Part shown: piece after piece, positions 1 to 19,888 of the stretch
How positions within the stretch are numbered: the first letter of the stretch is position 1
Layout of the letters: each line of letters begins with the position of its first letter
Origin: Salpingoeca rosetta
Lineage: Eukaryota; Protista; Choanoflagellata
Assembly (NCBI GenBank): GCA_033442325.1
Contig: JAWQFM010000024.1
Location: forward strand, 951,180 to 1,015,179
Length of the DNA stretch: 64,000 nt
Reading direction: 5' to 3'
The notes under the pieces: generated by a model
What the model was told of the DNA's origin: nothing
The model's database searches: none
The model's input: only the letters and a program-made list of their open reading frames with translations
Position numbers and translations under genes: made by a program

Positions 1-1933
1 TTGTGGCGGGTACCACCAGCCGTCCGCGAACACGCCGTCATTGAATGCATATGTGGTTGGATATGGGTCTGGCTGCGAAGGAACCACGCGGCTTCCACGC
101 CAAGTTCCATTCTGCAACACAAGTGTGTGTGTGTGTGTATAATGTGTGTGTGTGTGTACGTGTGTGTGTGTGTGTACGTGTGTTTTATATGTGTACGTGT
201 TAGAAGGTGCGCAAGTGGAGTGATGTGACGGGATCATGAAACCAAGTTGCTCTAAGACATGCTCCATGTCCAAGGTTCTCCCTTCCCTTGAATGGCAAAC
301 TCACCTGCAAGTGGAGGACTCCGAAACGTGCCCAGTCGCGGGCGGTGGCAAACCCAAAGCTGCTGCCAACAAAGATGCCCTCGCTGTCCGTCTCCAGCAC
401 AAACGACTTTGCCCCAATGGGTGCAAACAGCTGATACAAGCAGTTGAGGGATGAGAAGTATGGGTGGTGAGGCACAAGGTACACAAGACACAAGAACTGA
501 TGTGGTGGTGGGCTTGATTGTGTCGGTTGTCGGTTGTGTGCGTGTGTGTGTGTGGGGGGGCAGATGCATGCGGGCAGATGCAACGGAATGCAGACTGTCA
601 CCTTTCCCACCCCAACACACACACACACACACACACACATACATGTACAAACACATGCCTGCACGCACACACATATATGCACACACACACACACATACAT
701 GCACACACACTCAATCCAATAGAAAGCCCTCACCTTCTCGTATGGGAAGCGCCAGTAGTCCCACCAGGAGGGAAAAGATTGGCGGAGCATCCAACTGGCC
801 AAGTTAGTGGCCCCGCTGTTGTAGCACCAACGCTCGCCAGGCAGATGGGCGGGCGCCTTGTTGCGCGCAAACCCGGCCGTGGACCGCTCCAGGAACAGCA
901 TGCGCGCGGGGTCGTTGATCATGCAGTAGTGCTCGTTGTAGTCGAGGCCGTCCACCATGTGCAGGAGGTGGCGCAGCTGGATGAGGTCGTTGTCGACGCT
1001 CTCGTCCATGTCCAGGTCCAGCAGGTCCTCCAGCTTGATGCGGCCTTCCCCGATAGCGACGCCAATGAGCGTGGACAGCACGCTCTTGCTCATGGACCAG
1101 CCGAGCTGGGCGCTGTCTGCCGTGATGTTCAGCCAGGACGCGTACGACTCCGCCACCAGCTTGCCGCAGTGCACGGCTGCGAGGCCGCGGGTGTGCTCCT
1201 GCTGCTGCTCTCCACGCTTGATCTCCGCATCGAAGATGGCCTGCAACGCCGCAATCTCTTCCTCGCTCAGCCGCTCATCGTCACTGCACAGCGCCGTGTC
1301 ACCAAAGTACCCAGTGCCATCATCATCATCGTTAGCATCATCGTTAACATCGCTGCTGCTGCTGCTGCTGCGATGGTCGTCGGCCTGGCTCTCGCCGCTC
1401 TTCCTGCTGCCTCTGCTGATCTCCTTGTCCTTATCTGCGGTGTGTGCTTGCGTTTGGCGAGGGCCGCCTGGCCTGAGCTGCGCCAGCAAAGCCTGCAGCG
1501 CTCCCACCTCGGCTGCGTCTTGTTCGCTCTCCGCAGACACAGCGCGGTGGTACAGGTCCCTGGCAGCTTGCATGTGCGGCGAGAGCGGCTGCAGCACGCA
1601 GCCGTGCAGGCGGCTCACGTACACGGCGGAGGCGTTGGCGGCAAGGAACCGCGCCTCGTACGACTGCAGGTCTGCATCGTGCCACACGCTGCCGAAGCTG
1701 AGTGGTGCCTGGTCCACCTCAAACTTTAGCAGCGGCTCCGTGGCGGTGCCCTGCACTCTGTCGGCGTTGCACGCTGCCATTGCCAGCGCAGAGGCTGCGA
1801 TCGTGGAGACGTCCCGCACAAACGGCGCATACGCTGTCCAGGCCGCAGCCAGGACCGCCACCGCAACTGCCGCGACCACGGCTTTGACCGCCAACCCAAA
1901 CCACTTTCTCTCACTCGTCATCATCACCGTCAT
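1..1933 (-). CDS. Beta-lactamase/class C-like serine hydrolase (6-aminohexanoate-dimer hydrolase-like) with N-terminal signal/anchor; 3'-partial
   Basis: Exons ~1933-734, 430-305 and 111-<1 join in frame via GT-AG introns. The product has SxxK (WSMSKS), YxS (WCYNSG), 'LRHLLHMVDGL', 'GSSFGFATARDWARFGVLHLQ|NGTWRGSRVVP' and a hydrophobic N-terminus. Confidence 0.85.
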
Positions 1934-2076
1934 CGCCAGTCGTCACGATTCCTGATTGCGTCATTCTTGTTGTTTGTTTATGTTTGTCTGCCACGTGTTT
2001 GTTGGACTGGAAGCACTGAGGGGTGTGGAACGTGCAGATCTGTATCTGTATCACATCACACCTCCACTGCCCGCGT

Positions 2077-4567
<2,491 letters not shown>

Positions 4568-4874
4568 CGCTGCTGGTGCTCGTGGTGGTGTTCGTGTTCG
4601 CGTGTGCGGGTGTTCGTGAATGATGAGGTGATGATGACGCTTGCTGTCTGTCCGTTGTTGCACGCTGCTTCCTTCTCACACAGCAGCGCGCGGTTTCGAT
4701 GTCTTAAACAAGTCTGTCTTGTTTTTGACTGGCAGGTAGGAGTTGGCCAAGTGCGCGCGAATGTGCGAATGAAATGGAACGTTTCATCATCCGTTGCTTG
4801 CATCAAGCAACAAGAAGGACGACAGAAGCAACACACGAAAGCGCCTGTCACCATTGATGGACTGTCAATCAAGG

Positions 4875-4911
<37 letters not shown>

Positions 4912-5069
4912 TAACAGCACACAGCAAGCACAACAGCAACACAACAAGAAGCCACTTTCCTTGAGCGGTTGCACTAGCAAAGCACACTCATCATCATCAT
5001 CAATCATCAATCCATCCACTCATCCAAAGCAGGAAGCACTTTCATCAAGCATACACACACACAGACATC

Positions 5070-10403
<5,334 letters not shown>

Positions 10404-10414
10404 GACCAGCCAAG

Positions 10415-10442
10415 CAACAACGACAACAACAACAACAACAAT

Positions 10443-10518
<76 letters not shown>

Positions 10519-10616
10519 CCACCACCACCACCACCACCAACACCAACACCAACACCAACACCAACACCAACAACAACAACAACAACAACACCAACACCAA
10601 CACCAACACCAACACC

Positions 10617-10648
<32 letters not shown>
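10415..10648 (+). repeat. Compound (CAA)n/(CAC)n/(CAACAC)n microsatellite in the ACSL 3' UTR region
   Basis: Directly visible repeat starting just after the ACSL stop codon. Confidence 0.9.
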
Positions 10649-11096
10649 AAAATGTACACGTATGTTCCCGATGTCTTTTTCTTGTTACATGACTTCGATT
10701 ATGGTGACGTGCTTGCTTGCTTGTTTGCATCAAACAGTAAACGTAACGGCTCTTCGTCAGACCGCGCAAGAAGGTTAACAATGATATGGCCAACCAACCG
10801 CCACAGCCCTCAAGTAGTAACAAGAAAAGCAAGGGGGCAGTCAAGCAATGGAGTGAGGTTTGCACGCAAGTTTCGCTTTCGAAGCGTCAGTAAACGTCAC
10901 AACTAAGAAGGGAACGCTCGGCCTAATTCACGTGTTGTTCTCCCATGGAGCAAGAACATGGATGGAAAGAGAGAGAGAGAGGGGGGGATAAGATGAAAAA
11001 GTTATCAACAACCCGCCAGCGCCCATCTCAAAATATGAGCTGCCAACTTGGTGCACATTTCACACACACACACACACGCACGCATACACATGTCTG

Positions 11097-13372
11097 TTAT
11101 GCGGTCGTCTCTGGCATGTCGCCATGTGCTGGTGAATGCCCATCATGTGCGCCGTACAAGTCATTGGGCGTCATATGTGCTGTTGGTGTGTCGTGGCCAT
11201 CGCCAGGCCCTCTGCTCACGGGCGTCACGCCCTCATACAGTTCATTCTCCACCATGAACGTCGCAACGCCGTACGCTGGCGGCAACGACTCCACCTAGTG
11301 TGTGTGCGCGTGTGTGTGTGCGCGTGTGTGCGTGTGTGCGTGTGCGCGTGTGTGCGTGTTTGAGATTGAGAAGCGCATGAATTCATGGCGAGCAAGACCG
11401 ACATGACGTGCTCATTTTCTCGCGTGCTTGCAGGCATTCGCGCTTGCTTGCGACTGAAGCTTCGCGTTGACACAAACAAACAAACAAACAAACAAACAAA
11501 CAAACAAACACACCTGTGTTGCGACGCGCCCTCTGTTTCGGTAAAACGATGCAGCAAACACAACAGCGACGAGCAGCAGAACAGCTGCACCTGTCCCCAA
11601 GACAAGCCAAGCCGCGTTGCATTGCGTGAGGAATATTAAGTGGACAGATACATCAGTTCAACAAACAAGCAAGCATGCACATGTCACAAACATAACGTGG
11701 CGCGCAATGTGACTTGATGCAAGCTCGTACAGCGTATGCGAAACACGAAAAGCACCTCTCTCCCCTCCCCTGCCGCAGCTTACCTGCTGCAATGGCACCA
11801 AACACCCAGGGCTGCAAGGCTGCTGTTTGCGTTGACCCTTCAGGCGATCCACCAGATGCAGTTGTCGTGGTGCTCGCAGTACTGGCGGCTGCCATTGTCC
11901 CAGTAGTCGCTGCTGTGGATGTGACCACGGCCGTTGCTGTTGCTGTGGACGGTGTTGACTGCCCTTGTGATGTTGATAGTGATGATGATGATGATGACAA
12001 TGATGATGATGAGGTGGCGGCGGGTGGCACAGTGGTTGTCGTGGTCGTCGTGGCTGTCGTTGATGTGACGGATGGAAGCGTTGTTACAGCCTTGATGGTT
12101 CCTGTTGTTGTTGATTCTGAGGGGATCGTAGCCACCGTGGACGCCGTGGGATTCGTGACCAAAACAGGCGTCGTTGTTGTTGTCGTCGGCGTGGTGGTGG
12201 TGGTGGTGGTGGTAGTTGGTTGGCTCAGAGAAGAAGATGGAGAGGGAGACGGTTGGTATGAGAGGACTTGAGTGGATGTGACACGCTTGTGCTTCTCTGT
12301 TGTGGTCGTGGTCGTTGTTGTGGTGGTTGTAGATGTCGTGGTTGTTGTCGTTGTCGTGGTTGTGGTAGTTGTTGTGGTTGTTGTGGTTGTGGTGGTCGTG
12401 GTGGTGACTGGAAGCGGTGGATACGATGCGGGTTGTGTCGGAAGCTCACGCCGGCAAAGATACAGTGACGTGCGCTCGCTTGGTCGATTAACTGTGAATG
12501 CCATTGCCAGTGGTGATGAGAGTGAGAACAATGTGCTGAGAACCAAAACGTAGATAACAAAAAAACGAGAGTGGTACCTCATTGTGATCTGCGACAACCA
12601 ATGGGCTCAATCCCATTGTCACATCATGACACACACAAACACACTCGAAAACGGCACGAGATTGAAAGACTTACACCAAAACCCGTCAAAGTTTTCAGAG
12701 CACGGCGTGTCGTTCATAATGTACTCGCCCTCGCGCAGCTGCAGGCCTGCAATGATCGAATAATGAGACGAAGAAAGAGAGGGGCCGTATCAGAGAGATG
12801 CATTCAAGAGAGAAACAAGAGCAAAGAGCGGCACAAACGTGAGAAGAGAGAGAGTGTGTGTGTGTGTATGTGTATGTGTGCAAGTCATCAGGAACACAAG
12901 TACATCTTACACGAAAGGGTGCTTGCATTACGCATGCCAACATGCACATTCACATACACATGTATACACACACAAGTACATTCGACTACAATCGCTCCAT
13001 TGCGTGCATGTGAACAATCACACGACCAACGACCAAGTGACGTACTCAGACAGTCCTCTTGTCCGGTGACGGGTTCCTTGCGACGGAATTCGTAGTTGTT
13101 GGGCTCTTTATGATCTGGGTAGGGCTGCCAGAACCACTCGTACACATTGGCAGCTTGCCCGTCTGGCCACACAAACTCTCGCAGCGCTGGATCGACGGCA
13201 CTGCCGCAGTAGTAGTCCACGCTCACGTCCACGTGGTCGCCACAGGCCGAAAGCGATGATGTCAAATAGTCAGCCGCTGTCTTGCCGACGGTGGACACCC
13301 ACACCTGCATCATTGAGGAGGCATGAACGTATTGATGGTTGCGTGTTCCCACGAATATGTCCGTGAGGTGTG

Positions 13373-13443
<71 letters not shown>

Positions 13444-14198
13444 CCATGCGTGAGCAAATGGACAAAACTGAGATTGACAGCAAGGAATGTGAGCACGTGA
13501 GTTCATTCACGCCTGTTGTGCATATCATGATGTCCAACAATACACGACAAGTTCCCCCCTGCAACCCCTTCCAAGCATTTGCACCTTGGCAATGGCGTCG
13601 TTGACGTCGATGCAGCCATCCCGAGCGCGCCGGCTCGAGCGATCGCATTGCTGCTTCCCAATAAACACGTCCGCAATAGCAGCCACACTTTTGCCCTGTG
13701 GACAGCTCAGCGAAACTGTGTCTTTGCGGCGGGTATCACAGCGCAGCTCTTGCCCAAACGCAGCTGTCTGCATGATCACAAAAGGAAACGGGTGAAGGAA
13801 ATCACATGTCACGTCACGTCACACATGAGCCCGCAAGCTCATTTGTGTCGGCGGCATGACACTCGGGGGCACTGTATTGCGTGCAGGCAGGCACAACCCA
13901 TGTTGACCCGCGTTGACAACCATCCAATCACAGCAACGCTGTACCTTTGCTGGAACCTCCACGCCTCCGATGCCGACTTGCATGGGCGAGTTATGGAGCT
14001 CGATGTACTCGCGAGCGACTGTGAACTCGTCAAAGTTGTCCAACCACGCCAGCGTCCCGCCGCGTATCTCGCACTCGTGCTGCGCAACATCAAAGGGATC
14101 ATCCTGTTGTGTGTACGTGCGTGCGTGTGTGCGTGCGTGCGTGTGTGTGTGTGCGTGCGTGTGTGCGTGCGTGCGTGTGTGTGTGTGTGCGTGCGTGC

Positions 14199-14287
<89 letters not shown>

Positions 14288-15100
14288 CCAACCGCAGGAA
14301 AACGTCAACAACCAGTGCCAGTATATTGAGCCACGAGATTGCCTCAAGGGACACGTGCTGGGCCCCAACTGAAAATACGGACAATACGCCATGCTCTGGA
14401 AACCACGACATCCAATTAGTGCCACTTGTTGTTCGCACCTCCAAAAGCAACAGCAATGGTCCGATGTCTGTGTCATCCCAGCACGCAAGCTCGCCCATCC
14501 ACACGTTCCCCTGCAGCATGAGGTGGGGATAGATATGAAATGTGGTCGACAACCACACACAAGCTCAACGCATGCACGCACGCACACACGCACGTACAAG
14601 CTCAACACTTGACCAAGTGCACACACTCACACGTAAGCACAAACAAACAAACGAACACTCACACGTAAGCACAAACAAAGCCTCACCCAGCAGTTCAGTG
14701 AGAAGTAGGAGAGCTGATCGCTGTCTGAGCAAACTTCACGACACGAGGTCCCGTCGCAGTTTGCCTGTCCGGACAGCATGAACACGGTGTGAGTGGTGGT
14801 GTCAATGCAGGCGATCAACTGCACGCGTGTATGTGTGCGAATGTATGCTTATGTACGTGAGGATGCATGTGAGCCTGTGTGCATATGTGTCTCTGTGTAT
14901 GTGTGTGTGTCCATCTACGTCTCTGTGTGCCAATCGACATGATCAAGGCAGGGCATAGCAGTGGCCGTACAGTTACTGACTTCGACATGCTCTGGAATGG
15001 GCGCTGAGCCGCAGGATTCTAACAAGCAAAGTGTGTAAGAACTGGCAGTGAGGGTGTACGTCAAGGAAGGTTGGCAGATGTATGCCTGCAAGCACGTTCC

Positions 15101-15196
<96 letters not shown>

Positions 15197-17000
15197 AACG
15201 CACAGAGGAGACTAACCTGGGAAGAGGAGCTTGATGTTGGACACTCTTGTTCGTGGAATAGACTGATGATTGAAAGACGTGTTGCGCAAAGGGTGCAGCG
15301 GTGTGAGGACTCAGTGGCGTGAACCATCGGCGTGAGCACACCTCAATCAATGAGGACAAGTAATACTCAAAGCACAACCAAAGAGCACGTTTGACGGGGT
15401 GTTGTCGAGGAGAGCAATGCTGCACACATACGAGAGGAGGATCAGTGTCGCCAAAGTCGTTTACAAGCTCATAGTCCGTGTCATCCACATCCATGACTGT
15501 CATTGTCAGCACCTAGCGAAAGGGCAAGCACCGTGAGTTGGCAATCATGGCTGGTGCAATTAAAGACTAAAGGCCAAAATCCTGCGGGAAGAAGGTCAGG
15601 ATGTGCAAGCACAACATACACATGAAAAAATATACACACACGCACACACACGCACACGCACACGCACACGCACACGCACACGCACACAAACACGTATACA
15701 TAGAGCACCATACAGCTGGCTGCACAGCATACCAAGCCGCTCTCGCGATGTGCCTCGGTGAGCGGTCCCAGACTGTTCATTGCAAAATAGAACATGCAGA
15801 GCAATGCCGGCGTGTGACAAGAAGAAGAAGACAAAACGAAGGCAATATTGCGCAAAGCAGCCATGAGGTCGCTGGGTTGGCCCCATGCACGCTTCCAACC
15901 CCCCCCCCCCCACACACACACACATGCACACACACACCTGCACTCGTATGTGGTGGTTGTGACACTCCGAGCTGTGGCACATACTGATGGCACAAACAGT
16001 TCAGACAAGACAATGTGTGCATGATAAGTCAGCACAGGTGAGCAGGCGAGCACCCGTCATCAATACTCCCTCGCTTGCTACGCCTCTCTCTCTCTCTCTC
16101 TCTCGCTCTCTCAAACCGTGAAACCACAAGCGGCGAAGCACAAGCATCACAACTTCCTCCCATAGAACATCACAACAAGAGTACGCACAGCTTGCCAAGG
16201 GGTGGAGTGGAACCTGCAGTCCCAACACACCATTGGTCATGGCAGCAAAGTGAGTGAGCAGCTGGGCAATCAACTTGAAGCGCGGGGCTGTTGGCCAACA
16301 AGCAAGGCGTGCGGGTACCACCAAGAAAGAAGAAAACAAAAGCAAACGGATCTGCAGACGCTCTCACGGTTTCGTCTTCTTGGTGAATGGCCATGATTTC
16401 AAGGCAGGAAGGCTCGCCTTCCCCACACAGCTTCAGCCGTAAGACATCTCCCAAACGCGGCACCATCAAGTTCTCAAGGTGGACGTCGTCTTGAACTTCG
16501 ACAAACGCACGCAGCTCGTCTCCAAACCATGAGAACCATGCCTGCAAGCACGCCACACCAAAATGCAACGCATACAGATGTGGACGGGAGGCATTGGTGA
16601 AAAGTCAAAAAACGAAGAGAAGAAGAGAGGACACCACACAGATACACACAGACACACACACGCGCATATACACACAGACACACACACGCATACACACATA
16701 CATGCACACACACGCGCGCGCGCTGACCTTGACGCTGTGGTCTCTGAAGCCGTTGTAGACGACTGGCGTCCCGTCGATGGTGGGCCGAAATGCACCAGAG
16801 TGTATGCTGTTGATGGGACGGAAGAAGGAGTAGATGTCATCCTTCACTGCATCCATTTTTGTGTTCACATTTGGGACCTGGTAATCGTCGGGGCTCTGGC
16901 CCACGCACACCGCACTGCCCCACACCACCACCACGACCACCACGACCGACACCCCGAACAGCGACGGCGACAGCATTGCCACACCTCTCCAGCAAGCCAT
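11097..17000 (-). CDS. Type I membrane multi-lectin receptor: signal peptide, CBM9-like domain, C-type lectin with inserted SUEL/Gal-lectin-like domain, Thr-rich mucin stalk, TM, short Tyr-motif tail
   Basis: Signal peptide in exon 17000-16728. CBM9-like segment 'PTIDG..VKAWFSWFGDELRAFVEVQDD..GDVLRL'. CTL motifs 'FDVAQHECEIRGGTLA', 'FVWPDG', 'EPNN', 'EDC', 'MNDTPC', 'YLC'. SUEL-like 'LSCPQGKSVAAIADVFIG..VDYYC'. Poly-Thr at ~12410-11860. TM 'WVFGAIAAGAAVLLLVAVVFAASFY'. Last exon 11294-11097. Some exons between 16370 and 14900 are uncertain. Confidence 0.75.
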
Positions 17001-17150
17001 GAAGCGTGCGTGTGTTTGGCTGTGAAGCGCGACTCAGTTGTTGCTGGCTCCTCCTTCGTTGTTTGTTTGCGGAAAATTGGCACAGGCATTCATAATGCTC
17101 GAGGGACAAGTGGAATGAGGAGGCACAAACAAAAGGGGCAAAGAAAGGGC

Positions 17151-17225
<75 letters not shown>

Positions 17226-17243
17226 GTGTGAGCTTGTGCTGGG

Positions 17244-18402
17244 CTAATGGTCGCCAACGAGGGCAAGGAGGATCTTGCGATAGTTGCCGCCCGTGTCAGA
17301 CTGTGCAAACGCACACAAACACGGATGAATATGTGAGCGAGGACGGTGTGTGTGCGCAGAATAACATTGAACCAAACATATTCCTCAATACACACACACA
17401 TAAACACGCGCGCAACACGACAACAGTAGGAAGCATGCGCCTGCCGTCTGTACCTTGATCCACGACTCCATGGTCTTGCCGTACTTGCGCTGGAAGGCCT
17501 GCTTGATCTCAACCATATCAACCTGTGCGCACAAAGGTGGGGACGGTGCGAGTTAGCTTCGTGCGTGCGTGTGTGCGTGTTGTTGTGGACTGTGCGTGTG
17601 TGTGTCGGTTTGCGTGTGTTCATGTGTGTGTCGGTCTGTCTGTGTGTACGCGTGTTGTTGTGTGCTTTGTGTCTGTGTATGTGTGCGTGCATTTCAGTTC
17701 TGTGTGGGCACACTGATTCTTCTCACCTCGCAGCGCGAAACAACACAGCGCGTGAGGGTCCGTTCGTCCGTACCCAGGCCCTGTCAGATACCATGAAGGC
17801 ACCAGCAACGGTGACCAAGGTTGGTGTGTGTGTTGTGTTGTGTATGTGTGTGTGTGTGTATAAAACGCATATTCCAGCCACGCACGACACCAACAACTAC
17901 GCTGTGTGACATGCCCTGACACAAACATGCTTGCACCCATTCACACATACACCCACGCCCACACCTTCATGCTGCGGTAGATGCGCTCGGCAAAGTACTC
18001 CGGTTTGCTCAGCACACACTTGGCTGCATGGTGGTGATGGCGGCGGTTGTGGTTGTGGGGCGAAGCGGTCAACGCAAGTGCGTGTGGACCACGAAACACA
18101 TGTTGACATGCAGCGTCCCAACACACACGGGGGAATCGCACGCACGCACAGGCACACACACACACACATACGCACACACACACACACATACACACACACA
18201 CACATACACATGGTTCGTGCGTGCAGGTGTGTGCGGGGTCTCACCGATAGCGACCATTCCGTTGCGAAGATCGCCGCTCATCTCGCGCTTGATTGATTTC
18301 ACAATGTCGTACTTGCAAATCTGAAAACGCATTCACAAACAAACGCACCAAAAAGCCGCACATGTGTCAGCACCAGTGTGATATACCCGAACACACACAC
18401 AC

Positions 18403-18433
<31 letters not shown>

Positions 18434-19834
18434 AGATTGAACATGCATGCACGTGCGCGTGCTTGCAGGCACACCTTTGAGTACTCCTTGAAGGTGAGGC
18501 GAAGCTGGGGAAAGCTGCGTGCGCACAGAATGTGGTTGAACGTGGATTCATCGGTTCCCCACCGCGCCTCGCCTGCAACAATCAATGATAGTGATGAAAT
18601 AACAAGAAAGTGAACACGCACGGCCTGTGTGTGTGTGTGTGCGTGCGTACGTGGGTGTGTGTGTGTGTGTGTGTGTGTCTGTCTTGACTCAAGGGAATGC
18701 AGGCAAGGGTGTCGTATTACCAGCAGAGTAGAGCTTCTTCGCATCCTCGCGGGCCATTGCTTCGTCCACAGGCGTGCTGTTGTCATCGCAAGAGATGAAA
18801 CACAGCGACATGACGCCAGCCATCAGCGTACCACAACCCATCACACACACACACACACACCACACACACACACGCACACACACGCATGCACACACATACA
18901 CACACACACACAAACGCAAGTGACAGCGATATGCACAACAACAGATATACATGTGCACGTATACGCGGGCTGCCATCACAGGTAGGCACCTGTTTGGTGG
19001 GCGGTTTGCTTGCAGGAGAGCAACAAGCAAGCGTTTGAAATGTCCGCTCGTTTCGGAAATAATGTCCTTCTCGAGATCGCGCTGGTACTCCTGGCGGTAG
19101 GCGGACACAATCTAACACACGCGCACATGCACACGCCGTTGTTGAAAGCGGTTTGGTGGGCAGGGATGGGGGGGGGGGTGAATTGGTCCACACTCTCGCT
19201 GCGCACTACAAGGCCTCCGCGATTGCACAGATGCTCAGACACACACACACACACACACACAGTTATGCTGACACACTCACACACGCTCTCTTTGTTACAC
19301 ATGCATGTACACCCTGTATCAATACACATAAACCACCGCCATCTAACCAAACCCCCCACCCCCCATGCAGCGTCCGGTGTTGGCACTCGCACCTCCTTGA
19401 TGTCGTCACGGTCGCGCGTGACGAGAATTTCAATCAGGCAGCGCTCATCCGTTCCAAGACCTGCACCAACCAGTCGCAACACCACCAGGCAGCACAGCAC
19501 GCACGCGCACGCGTTAGCACTGAATTGGAATACAACAATAGGCAGGCATCACACATGGCGAAGCACTGAGAACTAAGCACCCAAAGTAGCCACTCCCTCG
19601 CACACCACTGCATGCCGCGTGCTGCGTACAACACCACCTTGCATGGCCTTCCTAAGCCAGTGCGCATCGCGAACGGGCGTGTCACGCATCAGCGCCATCA
19701 CCGCTTCCCGGAAATCCCCGCCAATCTCGCTGTGCAGCTGTGCGTTTGTGTGTTTGTGCGTTTGTGTGTATGTGCATGTGTGTGTGTACGTCAGTACATG
19801 TGTGCACAGGTCAAACTAAAGGAGGTTGTAAACA

Positions 19835-19888
<54 letters not shown>

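Noticed and set aside
518-1955. Long + strand ORFs (403 aa, 332 aa) opposite the serine hydrolase
   Set aside because: Antisense shadows of a GC-rich coding exon with no recognisable motifs.
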